From: Nevskia sp.
Lineage (GTDB): Bacteria; Pseudomonadota; Gammaproteobacteria; Nevskiales; Nevskiaceae
Length of the DNA: 64,000 bases
Assembly: GCA_043781855.1 (NCBI GenBank)
Contig: JAYWBB010000112.1
Coordinates: 16,115 to 80,114 of the forward strand
Direction of reading: 5' to 3'
Shown here: one piece after another, positions 50,546 to 58,681 of the stretch
Position numbering within the stretch: the first letter of the stretch is position 1
Layout of the letters: each line of letters starts with the position of its first letter
Position numbers and translations under genes: made by a program
Notes under the pieces: model-generated
The model's input: the letters and a program-made list of their open reading frames with translations, nothing else
Database searches by the model: none
What the model was told of the DNA's origin: nothing

Positions 50546-50584
50546 GCGGTTTCCAGTTTCCGGTTGTTGGTTGGCAGAGAAGCC
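50546..50584 (-). repeat. Heptad-periodic element, 39-nt half copy D (gcvH-gcvPA spacer)
   Basis: The plus strand reads GCGGTTTCCAGTTTCCGGTTGTTGGTTGGCAGAGAAGCC. On the coding strand it ends in ...AACTGGAAACCGC, then TTC, then the gcvPA ATG. Confidence 0.85.
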
Positions 50585-50593
50585 ACTGCGCGA

Positions 50594-50983
50594 TTACGAG
50601 GCAGCGAGCGCCTTTTCGTAACCGGCGGCATCGAGAAGTGAATCGACATCGGCAGCGTTGGCGGGCTTCATCTTCCACAGCCAGCCGCCTTCGTAAGGCT
50701 CGCTGTTCAGCAACTCGGGCGCCTCGGCGAGCTTCGGATTGGCGTCGGTGACTTCGCCGGCAATCGGTGCGTAGACATCCGACGCTGCCTTGACCGACTC
50801 GACCACCGCGCAGGCTTCGTCAGCCTTCAGCTTGCGGCCGACTTTTGGCGTTTCCACGAACACGAGATCGCCGAGCGCAGCCTGTGCATGATCGGTAATG
50901 CCGATCAGGACGCTGCCGTCGGGCAGCGTCCTGATCCACTCGTGGGATTTCACGTACTTCAGATCGGTGGGGATTTTGCTCAT
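50594..50983 (-). CDS. gcvH: Glycine cleavage system H protein
   Basis: 129 aa. Its lipoyl-lysine motif is [18 protein letters not shown]. Confidence 0.96.
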   Translation of the reverse strand: MSKIPTDLKYVKSHEWIRTLPDGSVLIGITDHAQAALGDLVFVETPKVGRKLKADEACAVVESVKAASDVYAPIAGEVTDANPKLAEAPELLNSEPYEGGWLWKMKPANAADVDSLLDAAGYEKALAAS

Positions 50984-51021
50984 CGGAATCGCTCCAGTGT
51001 TTTTTTAACGGCTTGATCGGA

Positions 51022-52104
51022 CTAAACAAGAACCTTGCCGTTGCGAACGAACGGCGGCTTCACTTCACGGGTCGGCAGCCACTGGCTGCGGACCTCGACT
51101 TCATACGGCCCGACCGCATTGCCGGCAACGCGCGCGAAAGCGATCGAGCCCTTCATCGTCGGTGCGAAGCCGCCGCTGGTGGTTTCACCCTTTGCTCCAT
51201 TCGCGGCGCGCACCGGCATGTGGGCTCTCAGCACGCCGCGGCCTTCGAGCACCAGGCCGACGGTCCGGCGTGGCAGCATGGCGCGCTGCGGCTCCAGCGC
51301 CTCGCGGCCCATGAAGCGGCGTGTTTCGTCGGCGAACGAAACCGTCCACGCAAGCCCGCATTCGAGTGGACTGACCGACTCGTCCATGTCCTGACCATAG
51401 AGATTCATGCCGGCTTCGAGACGCAGCGTGTCGCGGGCGCCGAGGCCACACGGCTTGACGCCAGCGGCCACCAGCTTCGCCCAGGCCGCCACCATTTGGG
51501 CATGCGGCAGGATCAATTCGTAGCCGTCCTCGCCGGTGTAGCCGGTGCGGCCGACGAAGGTGTCGCCGCTCCAGGCGGCGCTGAACGGCGTCAGCACCGC
51601 AGCGCGTGCGGCAAGTTCGGGGATCAGCAGCGCGTCGACCTGCGCGCGCGCCTGCGGCCCCTGCACGGCGAGGATGCCGAGATCGTCGCGATGACGAACG
51701 TCGACGCCGAAGGCCGGCGCCTGCTCACGCATCCAGGCGAGATCCTTGGCCGTTGTGCCGGCATTGACGACGAGGCGGAAGCGGTTTTCTTCGAGCCAAT
51801 AGACGATGAGATCGTCGATGACGCCGCCATTCGCATCGAGCATGCACGAGTACAGCGCCTTGCCGCGCTGCTTGAGCCGTGCCACGTCGTTGGCCAGCAG
51901 GTGTCGAAGGAATTCTCGTACACGCGCGCCGTGCAGGTCGACTGCCGACATATGCGCCACATCGAACATGCCCGCCGCAGACCGGACGACATGATGCTCG
52001 TCGAGTTGCGAGGCGTACTGGATGGGCATGTCCCAGCCGGCGAAATCGACCAGCTTCGCGCCGAGGCGCAGGTGTTCGGCGTGCAGCGCGGTGTGCTTCA
52101 GCAT
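51022..52104 (-). CDS. gcvT: Glycine cleavage system aminomethyltransferase T
   Basis: The ATG at 52104 gives MLKHTALHAEHLRLGAKLVDFAGWDMPIQYASQLDEHHVVRSAAGMFDVAHM. The ORF-track extension to 52194 would run into the riboswitch. Confidence 0.95.
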   Translation of the reverse strand: MLKHTALHAEHLRLGAKLVDFAGWDMPIQYASQLDEHHVVRSAAGMFDVAHMSAVDLHGARVREFLRHLLANDVARLKQRGKALYSCMLDANGGVIDDLIVYWLEENRFRLVVNAGTTAKDLAWMREQAPAFGVDVRHRDDLGILAVQGPQARAQVDALLIPELAARAAVLTPFSAAWSGDTFVGRTGYTGEDGYELILPHAQMVAAWAKLVAAGVKPCGLGARDTLRLEAGMNLYGQDMDESVSPLECGLAWTVSFADETRRFMGREALEPQRAMLPRRTVGLVLEGRGVLRAHMPVRAANGAKGETTSGGFAPTMKGSIAFARVAGNAVGPYEVEVRSQWLPTREVKPPFVRNGKVLV

Positions 52105-52139
52105 GCGGTTCGTACTCGTGACTTTACGTGTCGTAGCGA

Positions 52140-52315
52140 ACCGCCCCTCTGTCCTTTTACCTGAGAGTTCAGCGCCAATCCGCGCATGCCCCATCGGTGG
52201 ACCGCGCGAGCGGCCGCTCTCCAGAGTCAGCGAACACCTTGCTCCATTTTGCCTGAGCGATTCCGGGCGGATTTGCGCCTTCGGCGCCGTCGTGTACCGA
52301 CGGACTCTCGCAAGG
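52140..52315 (-). promoter_or_regulatory. Tandem glycine riboswitch (two aptamers) in the gcvT leader
   Basis: On the minus-strand RNA, aptamer 1 has GCGAGAGUCCG...CGCCGAAGGCGCAA...CUCAGGCAAAAUGGA. Aptamer 2 has CUCUGGAGAGCGG...CACCGAUGGGGCA...CUCUCAGGUAAAAGGACAGAG. Both match the conserved GGAGAG / CCGAAGGGGCAA / CUCAGGCAAAAGGAC cores. The position upstream of gcvT is the classical one. Confidence 0.9.
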
Positions 52316-52376
52316 GGTTCATTGCTGGGCCAACTATAACGTTCCCTGCCGGCGGTTGCGAGAACCGGCGGCAGAC

Positions 52377-53564
52377 TCAGGCGCTCGCCGCCTGCCGCAT
52401 CAGCAGTTCCTTCAGCGGACCGAGGCGATCCACGCCTTCCAGGCCCAGGCCCAGCGCGGTCCGGATGCCTGGCAGGCGGATGCGGAAGCTGCGATACAGC
52501 GTGTCCGTCAGCGCCAGCATTTCGAGGTTTGCCGCCTTGCGCGCCCGGGCGTAGCGCGCGAGCGTCCGCAACGAGGTCCCATCGCGACCCGCAGCACGCG
52601 CCGCAACGAGGGTGGTCGAGAGTTGCGCGGCATCGGCAAAGCCGAGGTTGACGCCCTGCCCGGCCAGCGGATGGATTGCGTGCGCGGCATCACCGATCAG
52701 GACCAGTCCCGGGCGGACGTACTCGCGCGCGTGCAGCAGCCGCAGCGGCACTGCGCTGCGCGGTGTCGCTGCGAGAATCTCGCCGAGCACGCCCTGACTC
52801 GCTGCACCGAGGCGTGCGCGAAACGCCGCGTCGTCGAGTGCCATCAGCTCGTCGGCCAGTGCCGTATCCGCCGACCAGACGATCGAGCAGCCGCCATCGG
52901 CCAGCGGCAGCAAGGCCAGCGGGCCGCTCGGCAGGAAGCGTTGGTACGCGGTTTCGCCGTGTTCGCGTTCGGTCCGGATATGGCAGATCAGCGCGCGCTG
53001 CGGATAGCTCCATGCGATCGTTTCGATGCCGGCCAGTTCACGCAACTGCGAGTCGGCGCCATCCGCGGCGACGATCAGCCGGGCGCGCACCACGGCGCCT
53101 TCAAGATGCAGTTCGCCGATTTCGCCATCGGCCTGCGGCAGCAGGATCGCTTCGATCGGCGCGTGCAGCCAACAGTCCACCGCTTCGAGCCGCGACCATG
53201 CGCAGGCGAGAATCAAGCCATGCTCGACGATCCAGCCGAGCTGCGCCGCGCCGGCATCGGCGGCGTCGAAGGCCAGCGCCTGCGCCGGTTCGCGCGCCCA
53301 GACCCGCATGGCCGAATAAGGGCTGATCCGGGTGGCTGCGATGGCTGGCCAGACGCCGAGGCGATCCAGGAAGCGCGCCGATTCGGGCGCGATGGCGTAG
53401 ACGCGCGCGTCGTGGATTTCCGGTCGATACGGCGCGGGCTCGGCGCCGCGTTCGATCAGCGCGACGCGAAAGCCGGCCTGCTGCAGGGCCAGCGCTGTGG
53501 CGAGGCCGACAGGTCCACCACCGACTATCGCCGCGTCGTAGACAATGGCGCCGGACGTGTTCAT
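52377..53564 (-). CDS. ubiI: UbiH/UbiF/VisC/COQ6-family FAD-dependent ubiquinone hydroxylase
   Basis: 395 aa with YDAAIVGGGPVGLATALAL (GxGxxG) and GDAAHAIHPLAGQGVNLG. The symbol is assigned by its position after ubiH, as in E. coli (ubiH-visC). Confidence 0.8.
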   Translation of the reverse strand: MNTSGAIVYDAAIVGGGPVGLATALALQQAGFRVALIERGAEPAPYRPEIHDARVYAIAPESARFLDRLGVWPAIAATRISPYSAMRVWAREPAQALAFDAADAGAAQLGWIVEHGLILACAWSRLEAVDCWLHAPIEAILLPQADGEIGELHLEGAVVRARLIVAADGADSQLRELAGIETIAWSYPQRALICHIRTEREHGETAYQRFLPSGPLALLPLADGGCSIVWSADTALADELMALDDAAFRARLGAASQGVLGEILAATPRSAVPLRLLHAREYVRPGLVLIGDAAHAIHPLAGQGVNLGFADAAQLSTTLVAARAAGRDGTSLRTLARYARARKAANLEMLALTDTLYRSFRIRLPGIRTALGLGLEGVDRLGPLKELLMRQAASA

Positions 53565-54784
53565 TCCCGCGGACTAGACCGCGCTTCCACGCGCGCGGCA
53601 AAATCATCGCGCGGCAGGCCGAGCTGCCCGAGATGTTGCCGCAGCATCGCGTTGCGCAGCGGGGGTGCGAGATCGACGGCGATCAGGCCCCAGTGCCGCG
53701 CCTGCGCCAGCCCCGGAATGCGGTTCGAGAACGTGCGCACCATAAAATCGGTGACGGCGCTGACGCGGCTGCGATCGTGTGCGCGGCGCTGTTCGTAGTC
53801 GGCCAGTGGCTTTGCCGCGCCCGGATCGTCGAGCGTCGCAACGGCCTGCGCGAGTGCCGCGACATCGCGCAGGCCAAGATTGAAACCCTGCGCCGCCACC
53901 GGATGCAGGCTCTGTGCGGCGTTGCCGATGAGCACGGTGCGTGCCGCAGCAAGCTGAACGCTCATGATCCGCGACAGGGGATAGCCGCGCCGCGCGCCGA
54001 GTGCCGTGAAGCGGCCAAGGCGGCCCCCGAACGTGTCCTGCGCTTCGGCGAGATAGTCGTGGTCAGAACAGCCCAGCATGGTTTCGGCGCGTTCGCTCGG
54101 CACCGTCCAGACCAGCGAGGCGGCGGCGTCGGGCTTCGGGATCAGCGCCAGCGGCCCGTCCGGTGTGAAGCGCTCGTAGGCGACGCCTTTGTGCGGACGC
54201 GACAGGCGCACGGCCGAGACAATGGCATGCTGCGCGTAATCGCGCGTCTGCGCCGCGATGCCGAGCAGATTGCGCAGCACCGAATGCGCGCCGTCGGCAG
54301 CGACGACCAGCTTCGCGTTCAGCGTCCGCAGCGATCCCGCCGCGTCGATCTCGAGGACGGCGTGATCGTCCGCGAGCGTCACGCCAGCAAGCCGCGCCGG
54401 CTGCATCAGCGAGAGATTCGGCGCGGTCGCCAGCGCCTGCGTCAGCACCGCACCGATCGCTCGCAGCGGCACGTTGTAGCCCAGTGCATCGAGTCCGGCC
54501 TCGGCGGCACTGAAGCGCGTCGTGCCGAAGCGGCCGCGCTCGGAGATATGCGTTGCCACGATCGGCTCGGCTTCTGCGCGCAAGACGTCCCAGAGACCGA
54601 TGGCAGAAAAAATGCGGCGGCTGGCGTCGTTGAGCGCGATGCAGCGTTCGTCCCAGCTGTATGTCCCTGAAGGCGGCGCAGCCGCTTCGATCAGCACCAC
54701 GCGCAGTTTCGTGTGCGACAGCGCGGCCGCCAGACTGGTCCCGACCAGGCCACCGCCGACGATGGCGATATCGAAGTCGCTCAT
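53561..54784 (-). CDS. ubiH: UbiH-family FAD-dependent ubiquinone hydroxylase
   Basis: The ATG at 54784 gives MSDFDIAIVGGGLVGTSLAAAL. It contains GNAAQSLHPVAAQGFNLG. There are ATGA overlaps at both ends. Confidence 0.8.
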   Translation of the reverse strand: MSDFDIAIVGGGLVGTSLAAALSHTKLRVVLIEAAAPPSGTYSWDERCIALNDASRRIFSAIGLWDVLRAEAEPIVATHISERGRFGTTRFSAAEAGLDALGYNVPLRAIGAVLTQALATAPNLSLMQPARLAGVTLADDHAVLEIDAAGSLRTLNAKLVVAADGAHSVLRNLLGIAAQTRDYAQHAIVSAVRLSRPHKGVAYERFTPDGPLALIPKPDAAASLVWTVPSERAETMLGCSDHDYLAEAQDTFGGRLGRFTALGARRGYPLSRIMSVQLAAARTVLIGNAAQSLHPVAAQGFNLGLRDVAALAQAVATLDDPGAAKPLADYEQRRAHDRSRVSAVTDFMVRTFSNRIPGLAQARHWGLIAVDLAPPLRNAMLRQHLGQLGLPRDDFAARVEARSSPRE

Positions 54785-55695
54785 GCCGCATCGACGCCGA
54801 GCAGAACCGACAGCACGCCCGACGCCGCCGAGACACCCACCGCAAGGATGTAGAACGTCCAGAGCCAGAACATGCGCCACAGCGTCCTTGCCGGCGTGCC
54901 GCCGTAAACCCGGCGCAGGGCGATAAAGACATAGGCGGTGATCGCCAGTTCGAAGCCGCGACGCAACAATAACGGCAGCGGCAGAAACCCGAGCGACAGC
55001 ACGATGAACAACAAGCAATGAAGATGCAGGGAAAACAGCAGATGCACGCCGTAGCGCAAACGCTGCTTCCGGTAAAACCACCTCAGCAGCAGTGCGAAGT
55101 AAGGCAACAGGAAAAACATCGCGTAAGGTGCGTCATCGGCCAGCTTCTGCCGCAACACCCGACTCTGTTCGGCCGAGCTGAGCCTGGAAAACGACATCGC
55201 TCTTTCTTCGATCTTCGCCTCGAAGCTGCCCGCTGCGGGCTCGTCCTTCTTTTTCGCAGCCGCCGCAGCCTTGTCGTCCTCGTCGGCAATCAGGACTTTC
55301 GGAGGCTGCCCGTCGACGTCGGCCCCCTTGAGCAAGAACGGATTGTTCTCCGCCGGCAGCAGGCCGAGCAGTGCGAAGAACAGGAAGCTGATGCTCAAAT
55401 AGAGCTTCAGCGGCCGCACGTAACGCTGGCGACGACCCTCGACGTAATCCAGTGTCAATTGACCCGGTCGCGTCAGCAGCACCCGCAGCGTGCGGCCGAG
55501 CTTGCCTTCCAGCGCGACGAATTGATCAACGAATTCCTCGGCGAAGTGGCGCACCGTCGGCGTTTCAATCAAGGTTTCCTGACCGCAGTTCGCGCAATAT
55601 TTTCCGGCGACCGGTGCCGCGCAGTCGGCGCAGACCGACGGCGCGATAGCTTGATCCTGCGACGCCGGGACTGCCTGGGGCGCGAGTTCGTTCAT
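54781..55695 (-). CDS. DUF3667-like zinc-ribbon membrane protein, paralog B
   Basis: The ATG at 55695 gives MNELAPQ..., followed by CADCAAPVAGKYCANCGQE, TVRHFAEEFVDQF...LTLDYVEGRRQRYVRPLKLYLSISFLFF, and several TM helices. Confidence 0.7.
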   Translation of the reverse strand: MNELAPQAVPASQDQAIAPSVCADCAAPVAGKYCANCGQETLIETPTVRHFAEEFVDQFVALEGKLGRTLRVLLTRPGQLTLDYVEGRRQRYVRPLKLYLSISFLFFALLGLLPAENNPFLLKGADVDGQPPKVLIADEDDKAAAAAKKKDEPAAGSFEAKIEERAMSFSRLSSAEQSRVLRQKLADDAPYAMFFLLPYFALLLRWFYRKQRLRYGVHLLFSLHLHCLLFIVLSLGFLPLPLLLRRGFELAITAYVFIALRRVYGGTPARTLWRMFWLWTFYILAVGVSAASGVLSVLLGVDAA

Positions 55696-55699
55696 CGTC

Positions 55700-56545
55700 T
55701 CAATTGGCAACCGCGAGCACGACAGTGGCGAGCGCCGCGCCGGCAATCGCGAGGACATACGCCGCGACGATCGCGACCAGCCGCAGCAGCGTCGCGATCC
55801 TGCCGCCGCCGTAAACCCGGCGCAGCATCAGGAACATGTAGACGCCAAGCACGAGATTGATCGCGTTGTTGATCCAGTCATGCAACGGCTGCGGCCAGGG
55901 CACGAGACCCGGCAGCAGCAGCAGGAACGCGAAGCTGTGGAAATGCAGCGCCAGCAGAAGGTGCTCGCCGTAGTGGCGGTGGCGATAGAGCAGCATCAGC
56001 AGTGCCGCGAACAACGGCACCAGCAGCAGCATCGCCTTGGGCGCATTGCTGACCATGCCGCCCCTGAGTACATGGTCTCGCGCCGCCGGTGGCAGGCGTG
56101 AAAACGTCGCGATGCGATCGTCGATGAACGGGAAGCCGGTCGTGGCATCGATACGCGACTCGCGGACCGATTCGGTATTGATCTCTACCCCGGCCGCGCC
56201 GATTTTCACGCTGATGCCTGGCACCAGCATCAACCCGAGAAAGAACAGCACGCTGATCGCCAGATACAGCCGCAGCGGCGAGATGTAGCGCTGGCGCCGG
56301 CCTTCGAGATAGTCGACGGTCATCGCGCCCGGATGGAAGAACAGCAGCCGCAGCGTCAGCGGCAACCGGCCCTCGACGCCGAAATATTTCTCGATGAACT
56401 CGTTGAGAAATTTGCGGACCGTCGGCACGTGCAAGTGCGCGTCCTGGCCGCAATGCGGACAGTAGTTGCCCTGGTGCGAGGTCGCGCAGTTCGGACACCG
56501 CCGGTCGCTGGGCGCTGCGCTGTCGGCGCCGTCGCTCAAGCGCAC
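55700..56545 (-). CDS. DUF3667-like zinc-ribbon membrane protein, paralog A
   Basis: The GTG at 56545 lies 1 nt after the pepP stop. It has CPNCATSHQGNYCPHCGQD, TVRKFLNEFIEKY...MTVDYLEGRRQRYISPLRLYLAISVLFF, and TM helices. Confidence 0.7.
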   Translation of the reverse strand: MRLSDGADSAAPSDRRCPNCATSHQGNYCPHCGQDAHLHVPTVRKFLNEFIEKYFGVEGRLPLTLRLLFFHPGAMTVDYLEGRRQRYISPLRLYLAISVLFFLGLMLVPGISVKIGAAGVEINTESVRESRIDATTGFPFIDDRIATFSRLPPAARDHVLRGGMVSNAPKAMLLLVPLFAALLMLLYRHRHYGEHLLLALHFHSFAFLLLLPGLVPWPQPLHDWINNAINLVLGVYMFLMLRRVYGGGRIATLLRLVAIVAAYVLAIAGAALATVVLAVAN

Positions 56546-56546
56546 C

Positions 56547-57869
56547 TCACCCGCGCATGACCGCTTCGACTTCGGCGACGGCCTTCGGCACATCGCGCGT
56601 CAGCACCTCAGGGCCGCTCGCGCCGATCAGCACGTCGTCCTCGATGCGGATGCCGATGCCGTGAAAGCGCGGGTCGACGCCCGGCGTGCCCGGCGCGATG
56701 TACAGACCCGGCTCGACCGTCATCACCATGCCGGCCTTGAACGGACGCGGCTTGCCTTCGAGCTTGTAGCGGCCGACGTCGTGCACGTCGAGCCCGAGCC
56801 AGTGGCCGGTGCCGTGCATGTAGAACTGTTTCTGCTTGTCGGTCTTGATCAACTCGTCGACATCGCCCTTCAGCAGCCCGAGCGCGACCATGCCCTCGGT
56901 CAGCACACGCGTTGCCACTTCATGCGGACGCGCCGAGGAATTGCCGGCTTTCAGTTCCGCGATCGCCGCCAACTGCGCCGCCAGCACGACCTCATAGACT
57001 GCCTTCTGCGCGCCGCTGTACTTGCCGCCCACCGGAAACGTGCGCGTGATGTCGGCCGTGTAGCCGCGGTACTCGCCGCCGGCATCAATCAGCAGCAGAT
57101 CGCCGTCGCGCAGCTGTGCTTCGTTTTCCTTGTAATGAAGGATGCAGGCGTTGTCGCCGCCACCGACGATCGAGCCGTAGCCACATTCCATCTCGTTGCG
57201 CTCGAACTCGTGATGGATTTCGGCAGCCACCTGCCATTCCCAGCCGCCCGGCCTGGTCGCGCGCATCGCCCGCACATGCGCCGCGGCGCTCACCTTGCAG
57301 GCATGGCGCAGGAGTTTCAATTCGGCTTCCGTCTTGATCAGCCGCTGCTCGTGCAGCGTGGTTTCGAGCGCGACGAATTCAGTCGGCGCTGCCGCACCGC
57401 GCCGCGAAACCTCGCGGATTTCGCGCACGCAGGCGGCGAGCTTTGCGTCCCAGTGCGGATGCTCGCCGAGCGTGAAGTACACGCGCTCCCGACCCGCGAG
57501 CAGGCCGGTCATCTGCCTCTCGAATTCCTCGACGACGAAGCCCTGATCGGCACTGTAGGCACTGACCGCGCCTTCGGGCCCGGCGCGGCGTCCATCCCAG
57601 ATTTCGCGCGCTGGATCGCGCGGCCGGACGAAGAGTACGCAGGAACCCTCCTTGCGGCCGGGCGCGAGCACGAGCAGCGAGTCCGGCTCGTGAAATCCGG
57701 TCAGGTAGAGGAAATCCGAGTCCTGGCGGAAGCGGTAATGGCTGTCGCGGTTGCGAATGACTTCACGCGCCGAGGGCACGATCGCCACGCCATCAGGGCC
57801 GATGGCCTCGATCAGGCGGGCGCGGCGGGCGGCATATTCGGAGACTTCGGTGGCAGTCGGTGCGGGCAT
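56547..57869 (-). CDS. pepP: Xaa-Pro aminopeptidase
   Basis: The ATG at 57869 gives MPAPTATEVSEYAARRARL. It contains YRFRQDSDFLYLTGF, the metal ligands DLLLIDAGGEYRGYTADITRT, HGTGHWLGLDVHD and EPGLY. Confidence 0.93.
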   Translation of the reverse strand: MPAPTATEVSEYAARRARLIEAIGPDGVAIVPSAREVIRNRDSHYRFRQDSDFLYLTGFHEPDSLLVLAPGRKEGSCVLFVRPRDPAREIWDGRRAGPEGAVSAYSADQGFVVEEFERQMTGLLAGRERVYFTLGEHPHWDAKLAACVREIREVSRRGAAAPTEFVALETTLHEQRLIKTEAELKLLRHACKVSAAAHVRAMRATRPGGWEWQVAAEIHHEFERNEMECGYGSIVGGGDNACILHYKENEAQLRDGDLLLIDAGGEYRGYTADITRTFPVGGKYSGAQKAVYEVVLAAQLAAIAELKAGNSSARPHEVATRVLTEGMVALGLLKGDVDELIKTDKQKQFYMHGTGHWLGLDVHDVGRYKLEGKPRPFKAGMVMTVEPGLYIAPGTPGVDPRFHGIGIRIEDDVLIGASGPEVLTRDVPKAVAEVEAVMRG

Positions 57870-57894
57870 GTCGATTGGGGTCAATTCAATGAAT

Positions 57895-58452
57895 CTAATG
57901 GATCGTCGGCGAATCGCTGGTCGCGCCGGAGCGCGGATGCAATTCCATATAGACCAGCTGCGCACCGACGCGGATGTATTCGACGAGTTCGGCATACGCC
58001 TCTTCCTCGACCTCGTCGTCACCGCCGGCATCGAGCGAAGTGCGCGTGAACTGCGTGAGGTCCTTGACGATCTCGCGGACTTCCTCGGAGCACTCGCGCA
58101 GATTCAGCTTGATGCGCCCGGCGAGGCCGTAGAGAAAGCCCTCGCACCAGGCGCCGAGCGCCCGGGCGCGCTCGGCCAGCAGCGAATGGTCGTCCGGCAG
58201 CACCGGCATGAAGGCCGATTGCAGGTCGGTCAGCGCGGCGATGGCTTCGTCGCGCAGCGTTCTCAGTTCGGCCTGGGCCTGCGCGTCGGGCGCGGCATCG
58301 TCCTCGTCGAGCAGCTTCACCGGGTCGACATCCTCCGGCTTCTGCCGGCACAGCGCCCCGCAGAGGCTGCCGTGGAATGCCGCTGCATCGTCGCCGTAGC
58401 CGGTGCGCGCCAGGAGCGCAGTCAGCGCGTGGTAATCGAGTAGAGTCGTCAT
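57895..58452 (-). CDS. ygfB: UPF0149 family protein YgfB
   Basis: 185 aa with an acidic C-terminal half and WCEGFLYGL, typical of YgfB. It sits upstream of pepP as in E. coli. Confidence 0.8.
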   Translation of the reverse strand: MTTLLDYHALTALLARTGYGDDAAAFHGSLCGALCRQKPEDVDPVKLLDEDDAAPDAQAQAELRTLRDEAIAALTDLQSAFMPVLPDDHSLLAERARALGAWCEGFLYGLAGRIKLNLRECSEEVREIVKDLTQFTRTSLDAGGDDEVEEEAYAELVEYIRVGAQLVYMELHPRSGATSDSPTIH

Positions 58453-58681
58453 AATGCGGATTATATGCCGCCCATGCTCCCTGCCGGCGCCGTGAGGGGC
58501 GACAGATCAACGCGGGACGAAGTCGGGGCACAGCGCCGCGCTCGATGGCGCTGAGGGCCTGCGGCCATGAGGGTTTGCACTCCTTGGCGGAACCGGGCCA
58601 GCGCACTAAAGTGCAGGCAGGTCACGGCCATTGCCGCTTCACGAGATAATCACAGCTTCACGAGATGGAGGAGAGATCGTC

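Noticed and set aside
52105-52194. Upstream extension of the gcvT ORF to 52194
   Set aside because: It would translate through aptamer 2 of the glycine riboswitch. The conserved GcvT N-terminus begins at the ATG at 52104.
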